DNA of 57,625 bases. Origin: a bacterium. Lineage in GTDB: Bacteria; Patescibacteriota; UBA1384; CAILIB01; JAUSJZ01. Shown piece after piece: positions 20,198-28,319 of the stretch; position 1 is the first letter of the stretch, and each line of letters opens with the position of its first letter. The stretch is taken from contig JAUSJZ010000012.1 in the NCBI GenBank assembly GCA_030647115.1, forward strand, positions 1-57,625, written 5' to 3'. The notes under the pieces were generated by a model. The model had not been told where the DNA came from. It saw nothing but the letters and a program-made list of their open reading frames with translations, and searched no databases. The translations under genes were made by a program, and so were the position numbers.

Positions 20198-20803
20198 ATG
20201 AGTGCACAGTCAGACGAACGGACCTTTGGCCAAGCGGTGGAGTTGCTCCGTCGCATCGGCCAGAGTCTGAAGATGGGCCGACAGGCCCTGCAGTGGATCC
20301 TCAACAACTTCGCAGAGGTCGAGGACTGGGTGATCGCGCAGCTCAAACTGACCCTGTTGCCCTTGTTCGCCGCCAGCCTCGAAGGTTGGAAGGTGATCGA
20401 GGACGGCGAGGCGGTTGACGATGATGGGAGCTGGGTCGACGGGTTCTTTGCGGGTATGTCCCTCGCCTGCCTGCACCAGGACAGCGAGACGTACCTGACT
20501 GGCGAGGAGTTAGTGAAGAGGATCCGGCCGCGAATGGGTGGTCGGCGCGAGTTCGACCAGCACATCCTAGACTGGTTGTTCCGTCACTGGGACGACCCCC
20601 GCATCCCCACCTGGTTCAAGGAAGCCGTGGAGGGGGGCGACATCTACGTCGTCGCCACCGGCACGGTCATTCTGGACCCCGATGGCCGCCGGTGCGTGTT
20701 GTACCTGTTCTGGGGCGACGGTCGGCTCTACTGGCGCTGCCGCTGGCTCGGCTTCGGCGACTGGGACCGCCGCTGCCGTGGGTTGGTGCCCAGCGACTCC
20801 TGA
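20198..20803 (+). CDS. G+C-rich hypothetical protein, family X copy 1 (201 aa, Trp/Arg-rich C-terminus)
   Basis: GAAGGAAAGGA SD. Paralogous to 47971..48630 (ILDWL/LAEWL, IPxxW, GTV, DG, YLxWxDGR, WL, GxWD, DS-stop). Confidence 0.7.
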   Translation: MSAQSDERTFGQAVELLRRIGQSLKMGRQALQWILNNFAEVEDWVIAQLKLTLLPLFAASLEGWKVIEDGEAVDDDGSWVDGFFAGMSLACLHQDSETYLTGEELVKRIRPRMGGRREFDQHILDWLFRHWDDPRIPTWFKEAVEGGDIYVVATGTVILDPDGRRCVLYLFWGDGRLYWRCRWLGFGDWDRRCRGLVPSDS

Positions 20804-20828
20804 CCCTGATCCTTGGTTCTCGAACCTT

Positions 20829-20870
20829 GCCTGCCTGCCGCCTGCCTGCCGGTAGGCAGGGTAGGCAGGG
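20829..20870. repeat. P-family palindrome, expanded/imperfect copy P1
   Basis: gcctgcctgcc gcctgcctgcc gg taggcagg g taggcagg g. Confidence 0.7.
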
Positions 20871-20878
20871 ATCGCCCT

Positions 20879-20915
20879 GTGCCCTGGCGGCTTCCGCCAG
20901 GGCACTCGTGTTTTT
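20879..20915 (+). terminator. rho-independent terminator
   Basis: gtgccctggcgg-cttc-cgccagggcac followed by tcgtgTTTTT. Confidence 0.7.
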
Positions 20916-20926
20916 AGAAAAAACTC

Positions 20927-21214
20927 TTATTTAACCCCGGCGCGAGAACTCAAGAAATGAAAAAATTGGCCAATGATGGGCAAATAACCCAAGAGCTGCA
21001 AGAAATAAAGTACGAGGGCAAAGCCGATGGTGGAGCCGAGCGCAATCATTAGGCCGTTCAAAAAACTAAAAAACAGAAACCGCCGCGGTCGGGCGTAGGT
21101 GGACCACTGGCCGGTCTTTTCAATGCTGTCGATAGTTGAGGCCAGGCGGTTGGTCTCGTGCGCTAAATCTTGCAACGAGTGCCGCAGGGCCTGCTCCTCC
21201 TTTTGATTAAACAT
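20927..21214 (-). CDS. small hypothetical membrane protein (95 aa, 2 TM)
   Basis: ORF with two hydrophobic helices. Backbone-like composition. Confidence 0.6.
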   Translation of the reverse strand: MFNQKEEQALRHSLQDLAHETNRLASTIDSIEKTGQWSTYARPRRFLFFSFLNGLMIALGSTIGFALVLYFLQLLGYLPIIGQFFHFLSSRAGVK

Positions 21215-21256
21215 GTGTCTCTAGTATATCGTAAATCGAAACAAAACCGGCGGCGG

Positions 21257-21706
21257 TTAGGCAGCTGGAACAGTAGCTAAATTGAGCGAGAGGGCTTCGT
21301 CGGCGGTGACGATGACGGCGTTGCTGGTGATCTCCACAATCTGTCGACTGGCAATGACCCGACTGGTACGTTGTTGTGAATCCATCACGGTGATGGTCTG
21401 TAGGGTGAGGGTGGGGGCATTCCAGCAAACGTCACCGACCAGACCCAATAAAGAGCCGGTCTCGGTGTAGACCTTCAACCCCAGCAGTTTAACCGTCTCT
21501 GACTGATAGGGCTCTAAATTAGAAAAATTGAGTCGGTCGGCGGTTATATCGACCACGGCGGTAGCGGCTAGGGTTTGTTTGGCGAACTTGAGTGCGACCA
21601 AGGTGCCGTTTTGGGGTGTGACCAGTAACTCTTGCACTCCACCTAAATCAATCTGTCGCAAAAACCCGGTCTTACCCAAAAGCGTAGTCGCTAAGAGGTT
21701 GGCCAT
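21257..21706 (-). CDS. hypothetical protein, possibly PRC-barrel-like (two repeats)
   Basis: 149-aa ORF upstream of the membrane protein. Weak resemblance only. Confidence 0.45.
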   Translation of the reverse strand: MANLLATTLLGKTGFLRQIDLGGVQELLVTPQNGTLVALKFAKQTLAATAVVDITADRLNFSNLEPYQSETVKLLGLKVYTETGSLLGLVGDVCWNAPTLTLQTITVMDSQQRTSRVIASRQIVEITSNAVIVTADEALSLNLATVPAA

Positions 21707-21721
21707 AGTTACTAAAGATTA

Positions 21722-22285
21722 CTAGCTGCTAGTTGCTCGCTCGACGTACTCACCCGTTTGGGTGTTCACTCGAATTATATCACCGCTTTTGATAAAGAGG
21801 GGGACCGAAACGGTAGCTCCAGTCTCAATTTTAGCCTGTTTGCTGCCACCCGAAACGGTGTTGCCCTTAACGCTGGGCGGAGTGTCGGTGACGCGATATT
21901 CTAATTTGACGGGCAAATCAATGCCGACCGGTTCGTCGCTGACGTAGAGGACATCGACATCGGTGCCTTCGACCAAGAATTTGAGCTGTGATTCGATAGC
22001 GCTGCGGTCAATAGTGAACTGTTCGTAGTCATCTTGGTTCATAAAGGTCGCTTCTTTGGGGTCGGCGTAGAGGTAGGTCGCTTTCGAACGAGCTACTTCG
22101 GCTTCGGTAAAGGAGTCTCCCTGTTTGATGTTGCGCTCAATCGTGGCTCCGGTCTTGAGGTTTTTGAGTCTGGCCTTAACTAATCCACCGCCGCGGCCCA
22201 TTTTGGCGTGCTGTGATTTGACGACCAAAAAAGCAACTCCATCGAGTTCGATGGTGCGGCCGTCTTTGATGTCTCCTAAATCCAT
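21722..22285 (-). CDS. efp: elongation factor P
   Basis: KMGRGGGLVKARLKNLKTG loop. 187 aa, three-domain length. Confidence 0.93.
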   Translation of the reverse strand: MDLGDIKDGRTIELDGVAFLVVKSQHAKMGRGGGLVKARLKNLKTGATIERNIKQGDSFTEAEVARSKATYLYADPKEATFMNQDDYEQFTIDRSAIESQLKFLVEGTDVDVLYVSDEPVGIDLPVKLEYRVTDTPPSVKGNTVSGGSKQAKIETGATVSVPLFIKSGDIIRVNTQTGEYVERATSS

Positions 22286-22286
22286 A

Positions 22287-22447
22287 GAACTTATTGCAAA
22301 ACTTCCGATTCAGCCAAACTGTTTGGTTTTTCGCGAAAAGAGTGAAGGATGAGGAGGCGTATCAAACTGATACGTTGACGAGTCCTGAACTCTTTGTAGC
22401 CAAAACCAGACAGTTTGGGTCTAGAAAGGTAGTTTTGCAATGAGTTC
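22287..22447. repeat. B-family long imperfect palindrome, copy B1
   Basis: Terminal inverted repeats gaacttattgcaaaac / gttttgcaatgagttc. The reverse complement aligns along its length with 33892-34072. Confidence 0.75.
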
Positions 22448-22454
22448 ATAACTA

Positions 22455-22658
22455 TTAGCGGGTGAACGAAATTAGGGCAAGATGCCGGGCGCGTTTGATG
22501 GCGCGGGCCATAGTGCGCTGTTGAGCGGCAGTTAAGTTAGTGTAGCGGCGAATCTTGATGCGACCGGTCGGGGTCAAGAACTTCTTTAATAGTTCGACAT
22601 TTTTGTGGTCAATCTCGACGTTACGATGGGTGTTAAAAGGGTTGCGTTTCTTTTTCAT
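22455..22658 (-). CDS. rpsR: 30S ribosomal protein S18
   Basis: RRYTNLTAAQQRTMARAIKRARHLALI. Confidence 0.9.
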   Translation of the reverse strand: MKKKRNPFNTHRNVEIDHKNVELLKKFLTPTGRIKIRRYTNLTAAQQRTMARAIKRARHLALISFTR

Positions 22659-22666
22659 AAAAATTT

Positions 22667-23212
22667 TTAAAAGGGGATGTCTTCAATGTTGATTTCGTCG
22701 TCCGAGGGGGCGGAGGCAGGAGCGGGGACAGATGCCGGAGCGGCTGGAGCAGAGGCAGGTGCGGATGATGGAGCAGCAGTAGGAGCAGAGGTTGGAGTGG
22801 CGGTGGGCGTCGGAGCAAAAGACGGAGCGGCCGAGCCAACGGTGGGGCCGTTACCCGGTTCGTTACCGGCGCGCATGACCTGGTCGGGACCGATAACGGT
22901 ATCAGCCACAATTTCGGTGCGGGTACGTTTGTTACCATCCTGTCCTTCCCATGACTGGGTCTGTAGGCGGCCGTTAACAAAGACGCGGTCTCCTTTTTTC
23001 AGAGTGCGGTTGACTCCTTCGGCCAGTTTAGCCCAAACGACGACGTCGTGATACTCGGGGTCGGCGTCAACCCAATTACCCTGTTGATCTTGCCAACGAC
23101 GATTGGTGGCGACGGCGAAACTGGCGACCGCCCGACCGTTAGGAGTGTAGCGTAGTTCGGGGTCGCGGGTGAGATTACCGATGACTTCCACTCGATTGAG
23201 ATTTATAGCCAT
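22667..23212 (-). CDS. ssb: single-stranded DNA-binding protein
   Basis: NRVEVIGNLTRDPELRYTPNG OB fold. Pro/Ala linker. Acidic tail DDEINIEDIPF. Confidence 0.92.
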   Translation of the reverse strand: MAINLNRVEVIGNLTRDPELRYTPNGRAVASFAVATNRRWQDQQGNWVDADPEYHDVVVWAKLAEGVNRTLKKGDRVFVNGRLQTQSWEGQDGNKRTRTEIVADTVIGPDQVMRAGNEPGNGPTVGSAAPSFAPTPTATPTSAPTAAPSSAPASAPAAPASVPAPASAPSDDEINIEDIPF

Positions 23213-23221
23213 AGCTAGATA

Positions 23222-23752
23222 TTATTTCTCTTTAGTTTCGCTGTCGTCGGACAAAATATCTTCTAGAGCGGCGGCAACCTGTTCTTGGCGTTCTTTTTCA
23301 TCTTTGACCTCAACTGGCTCGGTCTTCTTAACGGGTGTCTTCTTGACCAGCTTCGGTTTGGTGGCACCGGTACCACTCTCACGGCGCAACGACTCCTCGG
23401 CCGAACGCGGTGCGTCTTCGGGTGATTCTACAGCGGCCTCTTTGTATTCACTAGTTAGAGCGACCGGGTTATCAAAACCTTGGGTAATAAGCAGGCGAAT
23501 AAAGTTACGGTTGAGACGCAGCGCGTGATCAAATAAGTTAACGGCGTTGCCTTCAGACTCGAATTCTAGGGTGGTGTAATAACCCGAATGCTCACCCTTA
23601 ATCGGGTAGGCGAGCGCCCGCCGACCCCACTTGTGGGTCGCGGTAAAGTTAAGTTTTTGATTCGCACCCAAACTTAGCACGGTCTTGACGTGCTCTTCAG
23701 CCGCGGCCGCCTCTTCGCTGCCGCGAGTTATAAAAGTGATCTCGTATTTCAT
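23222..23752 (-). CDS. rpsF: 30S ribosomal protein S6 with a charged C-terminal extension
   Basis: MKYEITFI start. First gene of the S6-SSB-S18 order. Confidence 0.85.
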   Translation of the reverse strand: MKYEITFITRGSEEAAAAEEHVKTVLSLGANQKLNFTATHKWGRRALAYPIKGEHSGYYTTLEFESEGNAVNLFDHALRLNRNFIRLLITQGFDNPVALTSEYKEAAVESPEDAPRSAEESLRRESGTGATKPKLVKKTPVKKTEPVEVKDEKERQEQVAAALEDILSDDSETKEK

Positions 23753-23891
23753 CCCTTTTTATGGACTTTAGTCCCGGGAAACTTTGTCGACACCGACCTT
23801 GCGGGTACCGACCGTCGCGGGAAAAAAGGTGATTTGTTACTTTGGAACTACTTATTTGTAGCTATCACATTGTATCAGAACGGCCAACTTC

Positions 23892-23920
23892 TTGCAACAG
23901 ATCGAAATTTATGTTACAAT
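23892..23920 (+). promoter_or_regulatory. sigma70-type promoter
   Basis: TTGCAA, 17-nt spacer, TACAAT. The ATG lies 14 nt downstream. Confidence 0.5.
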
Positions 23921-23934
23921 CGCTTAATTTCACC

Positions 23935-24222
23935 ATGAAGAACAGCATTATTAATCTGACTGACGAACCCAACGATATCGACCAAGTGGACCGGCCAACG
24001 AAGCCGGTCAAATTGGTATCAGTCAAACCGGTGGCGGCCAAACCAATAGCGGCAGTCGAGATCGAAGAGACCGGCAGCGCACCGGCCGAGACGAGCGTAC
24101 CCATTGCTGATCTGGAAAAAGAGTCCCGTCACCGTGCCCGCTACCTGAAACACATTAAAAATTATCTCAATGCCGCTGGGGAGGCCAAAGCCCCGCGCCG
24201 GCTCGAACCAAACCAAGTCTAA
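23935..24222 (+). CDS. hypothetical protein (95 aa)
   Basis: The ATG at 23935 is the first start downstream of the promoter. Track ORF 23842 begins inside or upstream of the promoter. Confidence 0.5.
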   Translation: MKNSIINLTDEPNDIDQVDRPTKPVKLVSVKPVAAKPIAAVEIEETGSAPAETSVPIADLEKESRHRARYLKHIKNYLNAAGEAKAPRRLEPNQV

Positions 24223-24477
24223 ATGATTTATCTTGATATCGTCACAATTTATACTCCTGCTGAACGAATTATTCGTCGAGGTGGTATGATGATCAGAGAG
24301 CAGTACCAAGAAGCAAAACGCTACCTGCGTCTTAAAGATGATCGTCGACCCGGAGAGGAGATGTTGCTGCCGCTCGAGAAGATGGATGATCTGGCATCAG
24401 ACATGTACGGCGCTGCCGAAGATCAAAGTAATCAAGTACCGCAGTTAGGCAGCCAGCTACTATTGGAGCCATTCTAA
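24223..24477 (+). CDS. hypothetical protein (84 aa)
   Basis: ATG abuts the previous stop (TAAATG). No motif recognised. Confidence 0.4.
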   Translation: MIYLDIVTIYTPAERIIRRGGMMIREQYQEAKRYLRLKDDRRPGEEMLLPLEKMDDLASDMYGAAEDQSNQVPQLGSQLLLEPF

Positions 24478-24500
24478 AGTAAAACAAGTAATTTGTTGCT

Positions 24501-24836
24501 ATGAGTGAGATTGAACCAAAGACACCCGTACCCGCACCGACCCTGCCTCAACCGGAAGGAGCACCGGTGATTCCTGACACAACCGAAGCCCCGACTCCAG
24601 CTGGTGCCGCTGATCGGCTCCCCAGTGTCCAACAACCGACCGAACCAATTATGCCCGCACCGACCGAACCGATGACGCCGGTACAACCGGTACCTGTTCC
24701 CGACCTAATGTCAGAACCGGCACCGGAGGCACCTAAAGTGCCGTGGTATAAACGATTCCTCGGGGCCAAACCAGACGCAACTCCCCCGGCCGATTCTCCA
24801 GAAGAAATTGAAAAAGGGGTAGGACTGAACGAATAA
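24501..24836 (+). CDS. hypothetical Pro-rich protein (111 aa)
   Basis: ORF with PxP-rich low complexity. Same strand as the two preceding small ORFs. Confidence 0.45.
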   Translation: MSEIEPKTPVPAPTLPQPEGAPVIPDTTEAPTPAGAADRLPSVQQPTEPIMPAPTEPMTPVQPVPVPDLMSEPAPEAPKVPWYKRFLGAKPDATPPADSPEEIEKGVGLNE

Positions 24837-24856
24837 GTTAACAGAATGTAAGCAGC

Positions 24857-24884
24857 AAAAAAGGCGCCGCCCGTGAGGGCGGCG
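24857..24884 (-). terminator. rho-independent terminator abutting the stop of 24885..25634
   Basis: Minus strand reads cgccgccc-tcac-gggcggcg followed by ccTTTTTT. Confidence 0.7.
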
Positions 24885-25634
24885 TTATTGATGGTAACAG
24901 GTTTGGGCGTAGGTACGGTTAACACCTTGGTAGTGGTGGCAAACGGGTATGAGTCGGGTGTAGGCGATTCTATTCCAGATCTCGAAGGTCTGATTGGCGG
25001 TGAAGCGATAGGGTGAGCCGAGACAGATGATGCCGGCATCGGGCCGATGAGTCTGATCGAGGAGCACGACTCTGATTGATACCGGCTGCGCAGAAGTTAT
25101 CAGTTGGTGCTCGATAAAGGCGGGTACCTGGTGACCGTGATAGTCGCCCCAACTGGGTTCGTCGCCTGGTAAGTAGCGCACTACTGCCCGAACGCAGAAC
25201 TCGATGCCGCCGCGATGCCAGACGTGATAAGCCAGTTGCTGCCACTTAGCTTCGAAGATGACACCGGCAAAGGGCTGATTGTTTTGATGCGCCGGCAGCG
25301 GCGGTTCGGGTGACAACAGAGCTGCCAACTGCTCTCTGATGTGCCAATACTCATAAGTATCAATCGGCAACATGGGGTCGAGATGCCAGAAATCGCAGTC
25401 ACCGCGGGTACCACGTTTGCGGGATTGGCAATGGGGCAGGTGCCAGACGACCGAAAAGGCTGTCTCTTGAATACGGTCGCGCTCGGTGCCCCCGAAACGG
25501 GCGTGACCCTGCACTCGACCGATAATCAAATTGGGAGCCGGTCGGCGCCAGCGGGTGATATGGGCGTCACTCATGAGGTCGAGCAACGGCGATTCTTCAG
25601 AGGCGTAAAACAGGTCGGTAGTGGTGGTGCACAT
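24885..25634 (-). CDS. G+C-rich hypothetical protein (249 aa, His/Trp/Cys-rich)
   Basis: GAGGAGG SD 5 nt before the ATG at 25634. Candidate promoter TTGACT(25681-25676)-18-TAGATT overlaps the xer stop codon. Confidence 0.65.
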   Translation of the reverse strand: MCTTTTDLFYASEESPLLDLMSDAHITRWRRPAPNLIIGRVQGHARFGGTERDRIQETAFSVVWHLPHCQSRKRGTRGDCDFWHLDPMLPIDTYEYWHIREQLAALLSPEPPLPAHQNNQPFAGVIFEAKWQQLAYHVWHRGGIEFCVRAVVRYLPGDEPSWGDYHGHQVPAFIEHQLITSAQPVSIRVVLLDQTHRPDAGIICLGSPYRFTANQTFEIWNRIAYTRLIPVCHHYQGVNRTYAQTCYHQ

Positions 25635-25677
25635 TGGTGCCTCCTCAAACTAATCTAGCCACTACTAGAGCGCCAAG

Positions 25678-26604
25678 TCAATCTTTTTTGCCGTGAAAGT
25701 GGGCGTGCACTGAACGCAGCTGGCTATTAGTCACATGAGTGTAGCGTTGAGTGGTGGTAACCGAGCTGTGGCCGAGCATATCTTGCACCGAGCGCAGGTC
25801 AGCCCCGTTCATTAAAAGTTCAGTGGCAAAAGAGTGACGTAGCGTATGCGGCGTCACTTTTTTTGTCAATCCGGCTAAGGACGCTCTTTTAGAGACGATG
25901 CGTTGGATTGACCGCGGCGTGAGCCGCTGGTCGGTCAGAATATCAGGGTTGGTCACCTTGCGATGGGCGATAAAGACAGCTTCGGCATTATCTGGCCGGG
26001 CCTTAAAGTACTCGTGCAGCGCCTCTTTGGCGGCGTCATCCAAAAACACCAGCCGTTCTTTGTTGCCCTTGCCTCGTACCGTTATCTCCCCCCGATCAAT
26101 GTTGAGTCTGTCACGCGATAGTTTGGTCAGTTCGCTGACGCGCAAGCCGGTGGAGTAGAGACACTCCAAAATGGCCTGGTCGCGTTTGCCGGTTAGGGTT
26201 TCGGTATTGATAGAACCAATCAGGTCGGCCACTTCGTCGGGCTCCAAAAAGTTAACTTCAGGTAGTGACATTTTAGGCAGTTCAATCTTATCGGCGCTTA
26301 AAGTGTCGATATCGCGCTTGGCACAGAAACGCAACCACGAGCGCAGAGCGATGACGTGGTAGCCTTGGGTCTGGGGCGAGAGCAGTTCGCCGTTCTCATC
26401 CTCAAACCGGGCCAGCCAGACCCGAAATTTTTGGATGTTGTCGGGGTTGAGCTGACTCGGCTTAGTAATCTCGTGTTCGGTGCACCAATTCGAGAAACGG
26501 GTGAGATAGCGGCGGTAATTGGTCAGAGTATTGGTAGCGCGGTGTCGTTCCACCTCTAAGTGTTCTAAAAAATCATCCACAATTGGGGTAATTTTGGCGC
26601 TCAT
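25678..26604 (-). CDS. xerC: tyrosine site-specific recombinase, XerC/XerD-like
   Basis: R...HTLRHSFATELL...GH..VTTTQRYTHV catalytic motifs. Start taken at ATG 26604 (the track uses TTG 26622). Confidence 0.88.
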   Translation of the reverse strand: MSAKITPIVDDFLEHLEVERHRATNTLTNYRRYLTRFSNWCTEHEITKPSQLNPDNIQKFRVWLARFEDENGELLSPQTQGYHVIALRSWLRFCAKRDIDTLSADKIELPKMSLPEVNFLEPDEVADLIGSINTETLTGKRDQAILECLYSTGLRVSELTKLSRDRLNIDRGEITVRGKGNKERLVFLDDAAKEALHEYFKARPDNAEAVFIAHRKVTNPDILTDQRLTPRSIQRIVSKRASLAGLTKKVTPHTLRHSFATELLMNGADLRSVQDMLGHSSVTTTQRYTHVTNSQLRSVHAHFHGKKD

Positions 26605-26624
26605 TACTTCATTATGACGCAATC

Positions 26625-26653
26625 TTGCTATTTGCGGTGGATCGTACTATTTT
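26625..26653 (+). promoter_or_regulatory. candidate promoter of the ORF-less G+C-rich unit
   Basis: TTGCTA, 17-nt spacer, TATTTT. Confidence 0.45.
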
Positions 26654-26659
26654 AATGGT

Positions 26660-26923
26660 ATCGGAGAACGCGTATGATGTGTCGTCTGTCGGGCAGGATC
26701 ACTCAATTCGCGCCTACCACCACGCACCGCACCGCCAGCCAGGCCTGCACCTTCCGCTAGCGCACGATCTACAGCGCGACCGAGAGGTGATGGCCTGGGT
26801 CTGACCGGAGGGAAAGATGGGTGTCCGTATTCGCGACGGTCCGAAGTGATTGACTGGACACGGAGTTCCTCCTGGCTTCCGTACCAGTCCAACCTCGGGC
26901 GCGGCAATCCTGCCGCGCCTTTT
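26660..26923 (+). ncRNA. candidate ~260-nt G+C-rich ncRNA, or a decayed cassette holding only mini-ORFs
   Basis: Runs from promoter to terminator (ggcgcggca-atcc-tgccgcgcc-TTTT, 26898-26923). Longest SD-preceded ORF is 28 aa (26674..26760, MMCRLSGRITQFAPTTTHRTASQACTFR). Confidence 0.35.
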
Positions 26924-26957
26924 CTGTTACAGATGATTAAGTGTTAAACTGAAGTCA

Positions 26958-27530
26958 ATGACATCATGGCTCGCGGCGTTTGACGAACACTGGTTTCGCG
27001 GTCTGAATAGTTTGGTTTTGAATCCTAAAGTGGCCATTTGGGTCTTCGGCATTGCTCTTTACGGTATCGCCATCTATCTGTTGGTTTTTATCTGGCTTTG
27101 GTATCGACCGGGGCAGCAGCATCACCACCACCATCAAAAAACGGTGGTTTTGGCGACGTTAACAGTATTTCTGACCATGATTGCCACCCAAGTGGCCGAC
27201 GTAGTTATTAATCGGCCGCGCCCGGCCGTTTTTTATCACGACATTATTGCCTTCAACGTGCTGGTCGACCAGGCCAGTTTCCCCAGCTTACACACGGCGG
27301 TCGCTTTCGGTATTACGGCTATCTTGTGGCTGATGCACTACCGTAAACTGGCCGTTGGTAGCCTAATATTGGCCATCGCTATCGCTCTTAGTCGGGTGGC
27401 GGCCGGTGTTCATTATCCAACCGATATTATTGCCGGGGCTATTTTGGGTTTTGGTGCCGGTTGGTTGATCTACCGCGAAGCCGCCTGGTTGCGTGATTAT
27501 CTACCGGCTAAAAAAGGAACCGACCAATGA
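26958..27530 (+). CDS. PAP2-family phosphatase (membrane)
   Basis: SFPSLHT and RVAAGVHYPTDIIAG motifs. Multiple TM segments. Confidence 0.8.
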   Translation: MTSWLAAFDEHWFRGLNSLVLNPKVAIWVFGIALYGIAIYLLVFIWLWYRPGQQHHHHHQKTVVLATLTVFLTMIATQVADVVINRPRPAVFYHDIIAFNVLVDQASFPSLHTAVAFGITAILWLMHYRKLAVGSLILAIAIALSRVAAGVHYPTDIIAGAILGFGAGWLIYREAAWLRDYLPAKKGTDQ

Positions 27531-28315
27531 CCCTCTTCATGATGGTCGTGCTCGGTCTGATACAGGGCTTCACCGAATTTTTGCCCGTCTCTTCGTCCGG
27601 CCACTTTGTGATTACCACGGCGGTGCTGCACTGGCCCGACATTTCGGCCGGGTTAGAGATCGCGCTGCACCTGGGCACCCTGTTGGCCGTTATCGTTTAT
27701 TTTTGGAGCGATTGGGTGGATTTAGTCAGAGGCAAACTAAACGGTCTCAAGTGGTCGCTCTTTTGGGCGACTTTAGTGACGGCGGCGGTTGCTTACTTTA
27801 CGGGCCCGCTACGCACCAATCTTGATCATCGACCAATTCTGACCGCTTACATGTTAATAATCTTTGGTATTTTATTGTGGTTGGTAGATTGGCGGGCGCG
27901 CCAACTGCCCAAACGAACTTTGGGTACTACGGCCGAGTGCAAGGCACCCTCTTTCGGACAGTCACTCTATTTGGGTCTGGCACAGGTAGTGGCTCTGATA
28001 CCGGGTGTCAGCCGCTCGGGTATCGTCATCACGGCGGCGCGGGGTCTGCGCATGAACAAAGAAGAAGCGGCCCGGTATGCTTTTTTACTGTCCGCGCCGG
28101 CCATCGCCTTAACTCCCATTGCCCAACTGCTAGATCGTACCGGGGGCGAAAGCTTTGTCATCAACGGGCCGGTAATTTTAGGGGCCGTAGTTGCCTTTGT
28201 ATCCGGTATGGTGGCCATCTCCTTCTTGCTCGGGTTGGTCAGAAAGATGAGCTACGGCTGGTTTGCTCTCTACCGGGTGGCGCTGGCGGTTTTTATTATT
28301 TATCTTCTTAAATAA
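27527..28315 (+). CDS. uppP: undecaprenyl-diphosphate phosphatase
   Basis: GLIQGFTEFLPVSSSGH and PGVSRSG motifs. 4-nt overlap with the PAP2 gene. Confidence 0.9.
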   Translation: MTLFMMVVLGLIQGFTEFLPVSSSGHFVITTAVLHWPDISAGLEIALHLGTLLAVIVYFWSDWVDLVRGKLNGLKWSLFWATLVTAAVAYFTGPLRTNLDHRPILTAYMLIIFGILLWLVDWRARQLPKRTLGTTAECKAPSFGQSLYLGLAQVVALIPGVSRSGIVITAARGLRMNKEEAARYAFLLSAPAIALTPIAQLLDRTGGESFVINGPVILGAVVAFVSGMVAISFLLGLVRKMSYGWFALYRVALAVFIIYLLK

Positions 28316-28319
28316 ACCA

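Noticed and set aside
20198-20915. Family X genes as diversity-generating retroelement (DGR) targets, given a variable Trp-rich C-terminus followed by a GC hairpin
   Set aside because: The window has no reverse transcriptase (no YxDD-type motif in any ORF). There is no template repeat matching either C-terminal coding region. The C-termini do not look like C-type-lectin variable regions with Asn-rich variable codons.
26647-26907. Track ORF of 86 aa on the minus strand
   Set aside because: It has a TTG start without an SD. The sequence is Arg/Pro/Gly-rich low complexity typical of a spurious frame in G+C-rich DNA. The promoter and terminator signals are on the plus strand.
27120-27134. Run of five His codons (QQHHHHHQK) in the PAP2 phosphatase, considered as a possible cloning tag
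   Set aside because: It lies internally in a loop between TM helices, uses mixed CAT/CAC codons and has no vector-like flanks. It is a natural low-complexity run.
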